Source: Patescibacteria group bacterium
Lineage (GTDB): Bacteria > Patescibacteriota > Patescibacteriia > SG8-24
Direction: 5' to 3'
Length of the DNA: 42,749 bases
NCBI GenBank assembly: GCA_018813785.1
Contig: JAHJAU010000043.1
Location: forward strand, 1 to 42,749
Position numbers and translations under genes: made by a program. This document shows, one piece after another, positions 18,422-27,594 of the stretch; position 1 is the stretch's first letter; each line of letters opens with the position of its first letter. The notes beneath the pieces are model-generated. The model was given only the letters and a program-made list of their open reading frames with translations, was not told where the DNA came from and did no database searches.

Positions 18422-18973
18422 TTATTTTGCTTTATTGGAGAGATCGCTCCAATGTGTAATGTAGTCAACGAGCGGCCAGAGTCCCCGAGCGAGAACCTCC
18501 TGGCGGGAATGCTGACCCCTGGTCAGAAAAGAATGTGGATCGACTGGGCTGCACTTATTAGGATGACGTTTGGCCAGCACCTGACCGATAGTCACCTGAT
18601 CGATACCCCGTCGCAGAACTTCTTCGACCACATCCGCCGGAATATCTACCGGATCAGTGAAAAAGATGTGAGTGGAACTGCTTTGACCAGGCAGAATCAG
18701 ACGAATAACTGCCAGATCAGCCCAGCCACCAACTTGTTCGATGATGCCATTCTCGATGCCGACAACAAAACTGTTTGGTCGTTGCCGTTGCGCCTGCTGA
18801 GCCCGGTGCAATGCACCTTGACCAGTCATGATGTAACCGACCGGCTGCTGTGGCACATTCGATTCAACTGCAACACCTGTGACTTTCGCCACCAGTCCCC
18901 GCTCTGCACAAGCTTGGCGTACCGCAGTCAACTTGAGCTCGCTTAGGGTTCCCACCACGATCGATACGGTCAT
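18422..18973 (-). CDS. yjjX: Non-canonical inosine/xanthosine triphosphatase (YjjX/DUF84 family)
   Basis: VGTLSELK, SNVPQQP, GALHRA, VGIENGI, LTRG..SR motifs; start MTVSIVV with GGAG SD. Confidence 0.75.
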   Translation of the reverse strand: MTVSIVVGTLSELKLTAVRQACAERGLVAKVTGVAVESNVPQQPVGYIMTGQGALHRAQQAQRQRPNSFVVGIENGIIEQVGGWADLAVIRLILPGQSSSTHIFFTDPVDIPADVVEEVLRRGIDQVTIGQVLAKRHPNKCSPVDPHSFLTRGQHSRQEVLARGLWPLVDYITHWSDLSNKAK

Positions 18974-18977
18974 TTGC

Positions 18978-19214
18978 TCACTCCGTCGTCTGAGAGTCTT
19001 CAGTGGAAACATCCATTTCGTATTCCAGGCCAACGATAATCATGTGCTGTGGCATGAGAATCCCAGGGGAAACAAGCCCTTGATAGTCGATTGACCCCTC
19101 AATCCACCAATCGATAACTCGAATCTTTTCACCCAGTTCATCTTGGGCTGCAGACTGAACCACCTCATTATCTACGCCGGTATTCTTAAAACAGATCCAA
19201 GTCTTCAAAACCAT
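18978..19214 (-). CDS. Hypothetical 78-aa protein, upstream of and co-directional with yjjX
   Basis: AAGGAG SD; promoter TTGACA-17-TAAGGT upstream; stop lies next to the yjjX start. Confidence 0.6.
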   Translation of the reverse strand: MVLKTWICFKNTGVDNEVVQSAAQDELGEKIRVIDWWIEGSIDYQGLVSPGILMPQHMIIVGLEYEMDVSTEDSQTTE

Positions 19215-19344
19215 GCCAGACTCCTTTCCTTTCTATCTCAATTTAAAAGAGCCCTTTACCTTATTACTTTTTAAGGCCTGTGTCAAGCCAAAATCAAGGA
19301 ACGCCTCAAGGGGAACGCCTCTTGATTTTCAACCCGAATCGCAT

Positions 19345-19432
19345 AAAAAGCCCACCTTCGAGTGTAGCTGCAGAGATAAACTCTGCCCATCCGATTGAAA
19401 TAACGATGGGCGAAGGCAAGCTCCGCAGCTAC
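19345..19432 (-). ncRNA. Putative small structured RNA or switch
   Basis: Two interleaved 12-bp helices (19421-19432/19364-19375 and 19411-19422/19349-19360), an inner hairpin and a U5 tail. Confidence 0.4.
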
Positions 19433-19532
19433 GTGATTAATAAGAGTACAGTAACTTTTAGATTGATGCGCTTCTGGTCAATCAAGCCAAAAAACGGTAG
19501 AATTCCGACCATAAATAGCCTGAATTGAATCT

Positions 19533-20660
19533 ATGAATCTATCTGATATATTATGCGCGGCAATAATTGTGGCCTTGGCAACTTTACTGGTCGCCGTGCT
19601 GATCATCATCATTCACCGTCGGCAGAAAGTTAATATCACCTCACCTAATATCGCCTTCTTACCATTGGTGGTGTGTTTGCTTGGTATTTTATTTGTATTG
19701 GCTCTACTGCTCAGCAAGTGGCCAAGTAAATCAATTGAACCACTAACTGAACCGCCCGCCCAAAAATCGTCTGCTGCGGAACCATCTTTGCCAGCAATCA
19801 TACCGTCACCGTTAAACTGTATCAGTCGTGATCAATCTAATAACGATTCGGGGCGTTTTTATATTAAAAAAGATATTTGTCTCACTGGCCTGCAACAGGC
19901 TGACGACTCGATCACAACGGAATTACAAACAATCGAAAAAACTTTCCTAAAAGATATTAATGAGCCCGACCTGTTGGCTTTGAGTCGACAGTTTGCTCTT
20001 GATTTGAACACACGAGAATTTACCTTCACTCGTCAGCCATACATTCAAAGTGTCTTGCTAACTATTTACCGCAACGTTGGCGGCGCACATCCGAATTTGG
20101 AATACCGAACCTGGACTTATGATCGGGCCACCGATCGTCTGATTGATCTCGAATTACTGTTCCAGGCCGAACACAATCCCCTGCCAACGATTTACTCCTT
20201 GGTGAAAGAACAACTTCTGCAGTCTGAATATGCGGACGAACGATTGATTGACTTGGGCACCGGCGACAAACAAATCGATCATTATCGTAATTTTATCGTC
20301 AGTGGTGATGATCTGGTGTTCTACTTTGAACCGGGTACAGTGGCCGCCAGTGCTACCGGACCACAAGAAGTACACTTGTCACTCACTGATCTGCAGGCAT
20401 TATTGCGACCACCATTTTTAAATTTGTCAGCTGTTTATGGTGATTCCGAGCCGCCGCGGACGTTAGATTATGAAACAACGGCCTCATCCTGTTCAGACAG
20501 TGACGGAACTTGGCTGAACGATTATTACGAGTGCGAATATATCAGTCGTGATTGGTGCGAGCAGTGGTCGGGTCGCTTTAATGACTGTGCTTCAGCCTGT
20601 CGCCACGATCCAACAGCCGAACTTTGCACATTACAATGTGTGCCGGTGTGTCGATTGTAA
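19533..20660 (+). CDS. Membrane-anchored DUF3298/RsiV-like protein with C-terminal Cys-rich domain
   Basis: Two N-terminal TMs, GGAHP motif, LVFYFEPGTVA..ATGP, eight-Cys tail (CASACRH...CTLQCVPVC). Confidence 0.7.
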   Translation: MNLSDILCAAIIVALATLLVAVLIIIIHRRQKVNITSPNIAFLPLVVCLLGILFVLALLLSKWPSKSIEPLTEPPAQKSSAAEPSLPAIIPSPLNCISRDQSNNDSGRFYIKKDICLTGLQQADDSITTELQTIEKTFLKDINEPDLLALSRQFALDLNTREFTFTRQPYIQSVLLTIYRNVGGAHPNLEYRTWTYDRATDRLIDLELLFQAEHNPLPTIYSLVKEQLLQSEYADERLIDLGTGDKQIDHYRNFIVSGDDLVFYFEPGTVAASATGPQEVHLSLTDLQALLRPPFLNLSAVYGDSEPPRTLDYETTASSCSDSDGTWLNDYYECEYISRDWCEQWSGRFNDCASACRHDPTAELCTLQCVPVCRL

Positions 20661-20679
20661 AAAATTCCAACTACAATAA

Positions 20680-21229
20680 ATAAATTTCCCCGGGCTTACG
20701 CCCGGGGTATTTTTTACCATACAAGCTTCGCTTGTCCTTTGTCTTCCTGGCCTTGTCGCTGGATGTACCGCCTGACAGCGCGCTCGTCGTGATCGGACGT
20801 TGAGATGAAATAGCCGTCCGACCAGAAGCCCAAGTTCTCGTGTTCATACATTTTAGACAAGAAAGGAAAACGTTTCTTCATCGCCCGCGCGCTGTTCGTC
20901 TTGAGCAGGCGCACTGCGTCGCTGACCGACACCCTCGGCGGTATCGAGGCGAGGATGTGGATGTGATCCTCATCCGTGTTTATCTCCAGAATCTCAATGT
21001 CGGGATATGTCCTGGTCACGTTCAGGAGTACCGCCTTGGCGTACTCGCCTAAGCTACCGCGGAGGACATTCCTGCGGTACTTGGTCACGAACACCAGATG
21101 ATATCTAGTGTGATAAGTGCAGTGCGCCTGTCGTCTGTACTCTTCCATAGTCCACGACCTTACCGCAGGACGGCCAGGAAGACAAAGGGCGACAAGGAAC
21201 CCCGGGCTTACGCCCGGGGATTTGCAGGC
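20680..21229 (-). mobile_element. IS200-group element (tnpA only, no tnpB)
   Basis: Identical subterminal hairpins CCCGGGCTTACGCCCGGG at both ends (~20689-20706, 21201-21218); TTAT tetranucleotides at both inferred boundaries; inserted beside the ABC-2 terminator. Confidence 0.85.
20714..21148 (-). CDS. tnpA: IS200/IS605-family Y1 (HUH) transposase
   Basis: YHLVFVTKYRR, DHIH (HUH), FWSDGYF, RYIQRQ. Confidence 0.95.
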   Translation of the reverse strand: MEEYRRQAHCTYHTRYHLVFVTKYRRNVLRGSLGEYAKAVLLNVTRTYPDIEILEINTDEDHIHILASIPPRVSVSDAVRLLKTNSARAMKKRFPFLSKMYEHENLGFWSDGYFISTSDHDERAVRRYIQRQGQEDKGQAKLVW

Positions 21230-21265
21230 ATAAAAAACCAGACATCTTATGTCTGGTTTTCTGAA

Positions 21266-23140
21266 TTAAGAAATGACCTGAATTCCCTGATCGTCAGCCA
21301 AGCGACGAAAGGTGGCTGACCGTGGGTACAGTTCCTCGAATGAGAAACTGATGCACTCAACTTGCTGTTCTCCGATCGTCAGATCCTCAATTGCCCGCAG
21401 AACCACAAACTTGGAACAAAGTTCACGCACCGTTGATAGTCGATGAGTTACCACCAACGCTGATACATCTGGACCGAGCAATTTTTGCAGACCGTCCTGC
21501 ACCGCTCTTTCGGTCGTTGAGTCGAGCGAGCTGGTCGCCTCATCAATCACCATAAAACGTGGTTTCTTCAGCACTGCCGCACCGATCATCAATCGCTGAG
21601 CCTGACCGCCAGAAAGTCTGATGCCGCGACGTCCGACTACTGTATCTAATCCATCAATCAACCGTTCGCCAAAATCTATTTTCAGCAAACGCATCACGCG
21701 CCACAATTCCTCATCAGTAACCCGAACCCGCTCCTCGTCCGACAGACCATACAACAAATTGTATCGAATCGTACCATCCAGAACTTGTGACTGTTGAGGA
21801 ATATACCCCACAAGTCGCGTCCAGGATTCCTGCTGAACCTGACGCAAATCAAAGCCGTTCACTAAAATCGCACCGCTGGTCGGGTCAAAAAATCGCTGAA
21901 CCAGTCGCATTAGTGTGGTTTTGCCGGCGCCCGAGTCCCCCAAAAGCGCTACTTTTTCGCCCGGCTCAATCACGAAATTAACATCACTCAGTACATGCAG
22001 ATTCGATTGCTTGCCCTGACCGTAACAATGCGTCACATCAACCAACTCTATCCGCACCGGCTGATCGGCTGACAGTTCAACAGCATTGGTCGCATCAATC
22101 ACATCTGGCTTAGTCGTCAGTGCTCGTTGCAATGAAATCACCGAGGGTAAACTCCAGTTTAGTTTCAATTCCAGATCGCCCAGCTGCCACATCTTGTCGA
22201 CTATCTGCCGCACCCAAGTTACCAACGGGATGAGCAGGCCGATGGTCCAATTGCCCTGAGCAATATTCCAAGCTGAGTAAGCGATGATCGCCAGGGCGGT
22301 CGCTAAATTGATCAGCCCCCGCCAACCGATCATTCGAATAAACCATAACCAAAAATTGCGGTCGCACTTCAACCAATCACCAAAATCGCTCCGCAATCTT
22401 TTTATTTCAGCGATCTCTTTACCGCAAGTTTTTACCCGCTCAATGTTATCCCAACGCTCAACCCGAAAACGATTCACTCGGCGATAAAGAGCGTCAATCG
22501 GTGTGCACTGAACCACCACGTTCCGGTTCAAACAGAGTGACGTAATCAAGTGAATAATTATAAACAAGGTTATCGCCAGTCCAGCCGTTGGAAATACCAC
22601 GCATAGAAACAGAAAAGCCAGGGTTATCTCCAAAAGAGAAACAGCAAAGTTGAAGACTAGATTGGCAGCTACTTCAAAGGCTCGACTACGTCCCTTTTCC
22701 ACGTTCGCTGCGGACAACTCATCTGAATCCTGCATGTGCTGACCGAGAGATTTTTGCATGAACAATTCGGTTGTTCGCACATCTAATCGTTGCTCGACCA
22801 AACCGATCGCCCATTCCCGACAATGCTGAAATACAGTAAACAACCCGTGATGCAACAACATCGAAACACCCAAAGCCAGCAAGGCCCAGATTACGGTGTT
22901 GTAATCATGCTCATTCAAACCGTCTGCAACCCAGCGTAAAGTGAGCGGTTGTAACATACCGAACCCAGCGGCCAAAAAAAGCACGAGCAATCCACGATAA
23001 ACCCATTGTTTAGCTTCGGCGGTAACAAATTCCCGCCAGGCCCAACCGTAGACCCGAAAAGACCGAAGAGAGTCGGCCAAATACTCACGGTAGTTACCGG
23101 CAAGTCGACGTGTTTCCTGCGGATCCTTAGGCATCGTCAT
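21266..23140 (-). CDS. ABC exporter, fused TMD+NBD (paralog 2)
   Basis: GDSGAGKT, LSGGQ, IDEATS, THRLST; AAGGAG SD. Confidence 0.92.
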   Translation of the reverse strand: MTMPKDPQETRRLAGNYREYLADSLRSFRVYGWAWREFVTAEAKQWVYRGLLVLFLAAGFGMLQPLTLRWVADGLNEHDYNTVIWALLALGVSMLLHHGLFTVFQHCREWAIGLVEQRLDVRTTELFMQKSLGQHMQDSDELSAANVEKGRSRAFEVAANLVFNFAVSLLEITLAFLFLCVVFPTAGLAITLFIIIHLITSLCLNRNVVVQCTPIDALYRRVNRFRVERWDNIERVKTCGKEIAEIKRLRSDFGDWLKCDRNFWLWFIRMIGWRGLINLATALAIIAYSAWNIAQGNWTIGLLIPLVTWVRQIVDKMWQLGDLELKLNWSLPSVISLQRALTTKPDVIDATNAVELSADQPVRIELVDVTHCYGQGKQSNLHVLSDVNFVIEPGEKVALLGDSGAGKTTLMRLVQRFFDPTSGAILVNGFDLRQVQQESWTRLVGYIPQQSQVLDGTIRYNLLYGLSDEERVRVTDEELWRVMRLLKIDFGERLIDGLDTVVGRRGIRLSGGQAQRLMIGAAVLKKPRFMVIDEATSSLDSTTERAVQDGLQKLLGPDVSALVVTHRLSTVRELCSKFVVLRAIEDLTIGEQQVECISFSFEELYPRSATFRRLADDQGIQVIS

Positions 23141-23157
23141 CTCCTTTTGAAAGAACT

Positions 23158-23188
23158 AAAGAACCCTGTCCGTTTCCGGACAGGGTTC
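23158..23188 (-). terminator. Intrinsic terminator in the leader of ABC paralog 2 (attenuator)
   Basis: GAACCCTGTCC-GGAAAC-GGACAGGGTTC followed by TTTAGTTCTTT, immediately before the SD. Confidence 0.7.
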
Positions 23189-23209
23189 AGACAATTCAGC
23201 TGAAGTTAA

Positions 23210-23377
23210 TCAACAAAAATTGGCTAAATCTTGGCCGGAAATGGGTCGTGCTGAAAGCACAGCAACGGCACCGGCAACCACCGGGGCAGCATCAACCCGT
23301 GCAACACAAGACAGGCGGCTGATAACAGCTGCTACAGCACCAAACATGATGTCGTTACAAAACCAATACTTTTCCAT
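23210..23377 (-). CDS. 55-aa Ala/Val-rich leader (or substrate) peptide upstream of ABC paralog 2
   Basis: MEKYWFCNDIMFGAVAAVISRLSCVARVDAAPVVAGAVAVLSARPISGQDLANFC*; AGGA SD; promoter TTGACG(23454-23459)-17-TAATCT(23431-23436). Confidence 0.55.
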   Translation of the reverse strand: MEKYWFCNDIMFGAVAAVISRLSCVARVDAAPVVAGAVAVLSARPISGQDLANFC

Positions 23378-23511
23378 ATTGTTCCTGTCTTAAATTAGTT
23401 AAGTTCCGGCCTTTAGTTTCGGAACTCGAAAGATTATCAAAATAAGCTCAGAGCGTCAAGCGCTGACATAAAAATAAAAATGCCCGCAGAAGCGGACACA
23501 GAAAGAAACGA

Positions 23512-23913
23512 TTAGCCGATCACAATGACCAGTACCGGAGCCAACCGGCTAGTAGGGCTGCACCGACTCGTCAGGCGCAGGGGCAAACGCCCTCCGACCT
23601 CATGATCTTCATCAAGAGTGATCGTAAAGTCCCAGGTAAAACAACCGTCAGACTTCTGACATGACTGGTCATCCAATTGCATCGCATAGATGCCTGGCTT
23701 GATCAGTTGTCGCAGATGTTGAACCAACTTGTTCAAAAAATCACGCGATTCCTGACACGCCGTCCGATAGTCCAGAGTAATCCGCAGTTCCAATCGACCT
23801 GGATCGACGGAAGAAAAATTACCAGAGTTCAGCCGACTATTTTGCAAAGTGCGACAGATCGCTTCCGTGCACTTGGCCATAAAACCAAACTCAGTTCTGG
23901 TCGTCATCACCAA
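23512..23913 (-). CDS. Hypothetical protein
   Basis: GGAGG SD near the start, own promoter (TTGACG-17-TATTTT) and terminator-like hairpin. Confidence 0.55.
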   Translation of the reverse strand: MVMTTRTEFGFMAKCTEAICRTLQNSRLNSGNFSSVDPGRLELRITLDYRTACQESRDFLNKLVQHLRQLIKPGIYAMQLDDQSCQKSDGCFTWDFTITLDEDHEVGGRLPLRLTSRCSPTSRLAPVLVIVIG

Positions 23914-24166
23914 CCTCCGTGCTCAAAGTTACCAAATTGAACTGCTGTGTGAATTCTGGCTCAATGACAAAATCGAATAGTCATGAAGGTCAAAAATAAC
24001 ATTATTCACGACACTCGTCAACATTTCTAGGGTTGTGTCTTTAATGTTTAAAGAAAAAATGGCCTGGTCAGCATAAATACTAAACATTAAAGACTTGACT
24101 CCACTCCCTGCTTGACCCAAACCAAGAAAAACTCCTAAAGTTCAAGGGTACTTTAAAAGGAGACAC

Positions 24167-24676
24167 GTGGCACAAACAAGAATCAGCGGAAATGATGTCT
24201 GGCAGGTGGTAGAGGGTAACACCCTCATTATGGATGTTCTCCCTACTCCCGATCATCGGGCGGCGATGCAGCTCTATGTAACACGGGACTTGTTGGTGGC
24301 TCTGGAGCATCTTCTGGATCAACCAGCTTCGTTGGCCACCCTGCTGACGGCTCAAATCATCTATGCGCAAACCGCGGTTTCGTCTGGTTTGACGCGAAGA
24401 CTGTCAGCCCTCGATATGGGGGTAACAGAAGACGAAGTTCCCTTCTTCATTGATGACCTGTTGGCCGGCTGGGTCAGGACGGCTGTCAGCATCCTGCAAC
24501 CAATTGCAGACAATTCACCCGGCTGTCTGGAACAACTTGGCACAACTGAACGTGAGCAGCTCGAGGCCACTAACCTCACCGCGGAAAACGTCGAGCGGAT
24601 TCTGAATCGAGAACTCACCATTGCCGACATTCTGTTGATACAGCCGGACGTTATCTTTAATCCGATCGAGCAATAA
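24167..24676 (+). CDS. Hypothetical acidic protein
   Basis: AAGGAG SD with GTG start; terminator AACCCGAT/ATCGGGTT at ~24766-24790. Confidence 0.65.
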   Translation: MAQTRISGNDVWQVVEGNTLIMDVLPTPDHRAAMQLYVTRDLLVALEHLLDQPASLATLLTAQIIYAQTAVSSGLTRRLSALDMGVTEDEVPFFIDDLLAGWVRTAVSILQPIADNSPGCLEQLGTTEREQLEATNLTAENVERILNRELTIADILLIQPDVIFNPIEQ

Positions 24677-24876
24677 CAATCGACGGATCAACACCGGCAA
24701 AACTCTTCTAATGCAACTCTATTATTCCCAGCTCAAGTCACAGCTGATGATCTCCTCAATCACTCAACCCGATAACTCATCGGGTTTTATTTTTCCGCAC
24801 TTAACTTAATCCGCCGCGCTGATTTTAACAGCAACAAAAAGCTGCCTCTAAAGAGACAGCCTGGAAAAATAATCGA

Positions 24877-26754
24877 TTAAAGAGCTACATCTTGATCAGC
24901 GGCCAGCTGCTGAAAAGTCGGTGAAATCTTGACCAACTCTTCAAACGAGCCAGCTACCGCCTCGACCTGAGACTGACCCTTAGTCACCTTCTCGAGCGGT
25001 CGCAAGACCACGAACTTGGTACAAAGCTGGCGCACTGTCGACAGTCGATGCGTTACCACAAGTGCAGAGACATCCGAACCGAGAACACTTTGCAGACCTG
25101 CCTGAACCGCCTTCTCGGTCGTCGAGTCAAGCGAGCTGGTGGCCTCATCAATGATCATAAAACGCGGATTCTTTAAAACTGCCGCGCCAACCATCAAACG
25201 CTGAGCCTGACCACCCGACAATTTAATGCCGCGCCGACCAACCACGGTATCCAACCCGTCAACTAAACGCTCACCAAAATCGATCTGCAAAAGCTGTACC
25301 ACGCGCTGTAGTTCCTCATCAGTCATCTGTTCTTGCTCGGCCGGAGTTAGGCCATAAAGCAAGTTATAACGAATAGTGCCGTCCAAAACCTGTGGCTGCT
25401 GCGGAATGTATCCAATGAGCCGCTGCCAATCGCGAAGTCGTATCTGACGCAAATCTTCACCCGACACCAAAACGCGACCAATCAACGGATCCATAAACCG
25501 CTGTGTCAACCGCATAACGGTAGTCTTACCGGCACCCGAAGAACCGATGAGCGCCACCTTCTCCCCGGGAGAAATGTTAAAACTAACATCGTGCAACACC
25601 GCCGGATTCATCTTCTCGGTGTCTTCGCCATCACCGCGCGGATAAGTGTAGCCGACGCCCTCAAACCGCACCTCGACTGCTTGGTCTAAAGCAAGCTGTC
25701 GCGGATTCGGCCTATCTTCAACCTCGTTCGGCATAGTCAACGCCTCACGCATCGAACGAACGCTGGGCATATTTTTGTTCATTCGATGCTCAACCTGACC
25801 GATGCGCCAGACGTCATCAGTAATTCGCCTGATCCAAGTGATGAACGGAAACAAGGCTCCAATAGTCAGACCGCCGGACCACACCAACCAAGCGGCATAA
25901 CAGATCAAAGGCATGACCACCAGTAGGTCATAGGCCAGGTGGCGCAAACTAAAGGCTCGGATGAACCACAGCCAGAAACGGCGATCTCGAACAATGTACT
26001 CGTGATACCAAGTATCGATGTACGCGACCTCTTCAACTTCTTTGCCGCAAGTCTTCACTCGTTCCAATTGTTCCCAGCGCTCGCGAAGATAGCGATTGAT
26101 CCGCCTGGATTCAGCATCGAGTGGTGTGGTCTCTTCGATGATTCGGCGATTTACATACACCGCCCAAACGAAATATGAAACCAACAGCGCCAGCATGGCG
26201 CAACCAGCCACCCACGACAAAATCATCAAAAAAATGAAGGCCATCAACACGTTGAATACGGTCATCACTCCATCGAATAAGACCACATACTCAACTTCCA
26301 TTACCCGATGTCGGCCCTTTTCAACATTGGCGGCTGACAATACGCTTGAGTCCCGCAGATGCTGACCGAGAGACTTGCTGAAAAATAGTTCGGTGGATCG
26401 AACATCCAATCGCACTTGATCCTCGCCCAATGCATACTCTCGGTAATAAAAATATATCCAGGAAAAAATGCGGTTCAGCACATACAAAACAACCATCGCT
26501 CCCAGCGACCAAGCGGTAATAACGAAGTCACGGGCAATAAGACCATCCACCAAATATTTCATGGCGAGTGGCAACAACATAGTCAGTGCGGCTGAAACAA
26601 GCTGCATGATAAGCGCGCGAATCTGCCAACCGCGACTCGCTCGAGTCACGAACTCACTTATTACCCACCCAAACACTCGAAACGTTTCCCGTATATCACT
26701 CAAGTATTCTCGCCAATTACTCGCCAGGTGGCGGGTCTCTCGGGGATCATCCAT
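24877..26754 (-). CDS. ABC exporter, fused TMD+NBD (paralog 3)
   Basis: GSSGAGKT, LSGGQ, IDEATS, THRLST; start MDDPRE with AGGAGG SD (ORF track gives 26829). Confidence 0.92.
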   Translation of the reverse strand: MDDPRETRHLASNWREYLSDIRETFRVFGWVISEFVTRASRGWQIRALIMQLVSAALTMLLPLAMKYLVDGLIARDFVITAWSLGAMVVLYVLNRIFSWIYFYYREYALGEDQVRLDVRSTELFFSKSLGQHLRDSSVLSAANVEKGRHRVMEVEYVVLFDGVMTVFNVLMAFIFLMILSWVAGCAMLALLVSYFVWAVYVNRRIIEETTPLDAESRRINRYLRERWEQLERVKTCGKEVEEVAYIDTWYHEYIVRDRRFWLWFIRAFSLRHLAYDLLVVMPLICYAAWLVWSGGLTIGALFPFITWIRRITDDVWRIGQVEHRMNKNMPSVRSMREALTMPNEVEDRPNPRQLALDQAVEVRFEGVGYTYPRGDGEDTEKMNPAVLHDVSFNISPGEKVALIGSSGAGKTTVMRLTQRFMDPLIGRVLVSGEDLRQIRLRDWQRLIGYIPQQPQVLDGTIRYNLLYGLTPAEQEQMTDEELQRVVQLLQIDFGERLVDGLDTVVGRRGIKLSGGQAQRLMVGAAVLKNPRFMIIDEATSSLDSTTEKAVQAGLQSVLGSDVSALVVTHRLSTVRQLCTKFVVLRPLEKVTKGQSQVEAVAGSFEELVKISPTFQQLAADQDVAL

Positions 26755-26867
26755 CTTCCCTCCTATTGTCAAAGAAACCGGGTAAAAAACCCGAAATGAG
26801 ACAGTATCAATTGATGACGATTCGGTCAAAAATCATATTAAACTTTAAAACAGTCAAACAATTTTAA

Positions 26868-27010
26868 TGACATCCTCCCCGGGCTAAAGCCCGGGGTTTC
26901 CTTCTAGTTCGCAAGTTTCGCTTGCGCAAAAGCCTCCGCTTCGCTCCGGGTCACATTCATCCCCGCACTCGGCGGCTAACCACGCCGCCTTCGTGCGGGG
27001 TTTCCTGTGA
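26868..27010 (-). mobile_element. Non-autonomous IS200/IS605-type miniature element (MITE/PATE)
   Basis: 143 bp with two end hairpins: TGACATCCTCCCCGGGCTAAAGCCCGGGGTTTCC (right-end type, reading GGGGAGGATGTCA on minus) and ATTCATCCCCGCAC..GTGCGGGGTTTCC; no ORF. Confidence 0.7.
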
Positions 27011-27045
27011 GACAAAAAGCCCTTAATTAGATTAAGGGCTTGAAA

Positions 27046-27594
27046 TTACTTCTGACCGGCAAACACGAACGCGTATGGTAGAGCGGAGGCGATAGTCGTT
27101 ACACAGACCGTACCGTCAGCCAAGTAAGAAATCAACCAGGTCGGTTGATCACTTCGGGCATTTTCTACAATACACTGCAAACAATGACCACATGGAGCGG
27201 ATCGAACCCATTCCTTTGATGTTGACGAAACATCAACAACTGAACCGGGCTCGGGCAGGTCAACTTCGGTTGGTGCGGCCACGATAGCTATGGCGCTAAT
27301 TTTTGCCCCACTTCCCTCTTCGGCAATCAGCGTATCTAGAGCATTCTGCTCAGCATGAGTAGTTTGAGTGAAAGTGCCGCGCTCCACGTTACAACCGACA
27401 TACATTTCTCCGGTCTGATCGCTTAGAACAGACGCGCCAACATGAAAGCCAGACAAAAAAGCCTGTGCGTTGTGGCGATAAAGATAGGCCAGGCGAATCA
27501 ATTCCTGGCCTTCAGCTGAAAGCTGATGAAACAGAACACGACAGGAAATAATCCGTCGTTCTTCATGACCCAAACGGCCTCCGAGCGGAATCAT
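27046..27594 (-). CDS. cdd: Cytidine deaminase
   Basis: SGFHVGA, GCNVE, HAE and PCGHC..E motifs. Confidence 0.85.
   Translation of the reverse strand: MIPLGGRLGHEERRIISCRVLFHQLSAEGQELIRLAYLYRHNAQAFLSGFHVGASVLSDQTGEMYVGCNVERGTFTQTTHAEQNALDTLIAEEGSGAKISAIAIVAAPTEVDLPEPGSVVDVSSTSKEWVRSAPCGHCLQCIVENARSDQPTWLISYLADGTVCVTTIASALPYAFVFAGQK

Noticed and set aside
19345..19432. HDV-like ribozyme or HEARO/IscB omega-RNA
   Set aside because: Pseudoknot order is similar to HDV but P1.1, P4 and the catalytic J4/2 are absent; HEARO-like words occur in the wrong order and there is no iscB.
24680..24760. Hammerhead or fluoride riboswitch around CTGATGA
   Set aside because: No GAAA/stem II-III for a hammerhead, no GGCGAUG..CGCC P1 for the fluoride aptamer, and it lies at a gene's 3' end.
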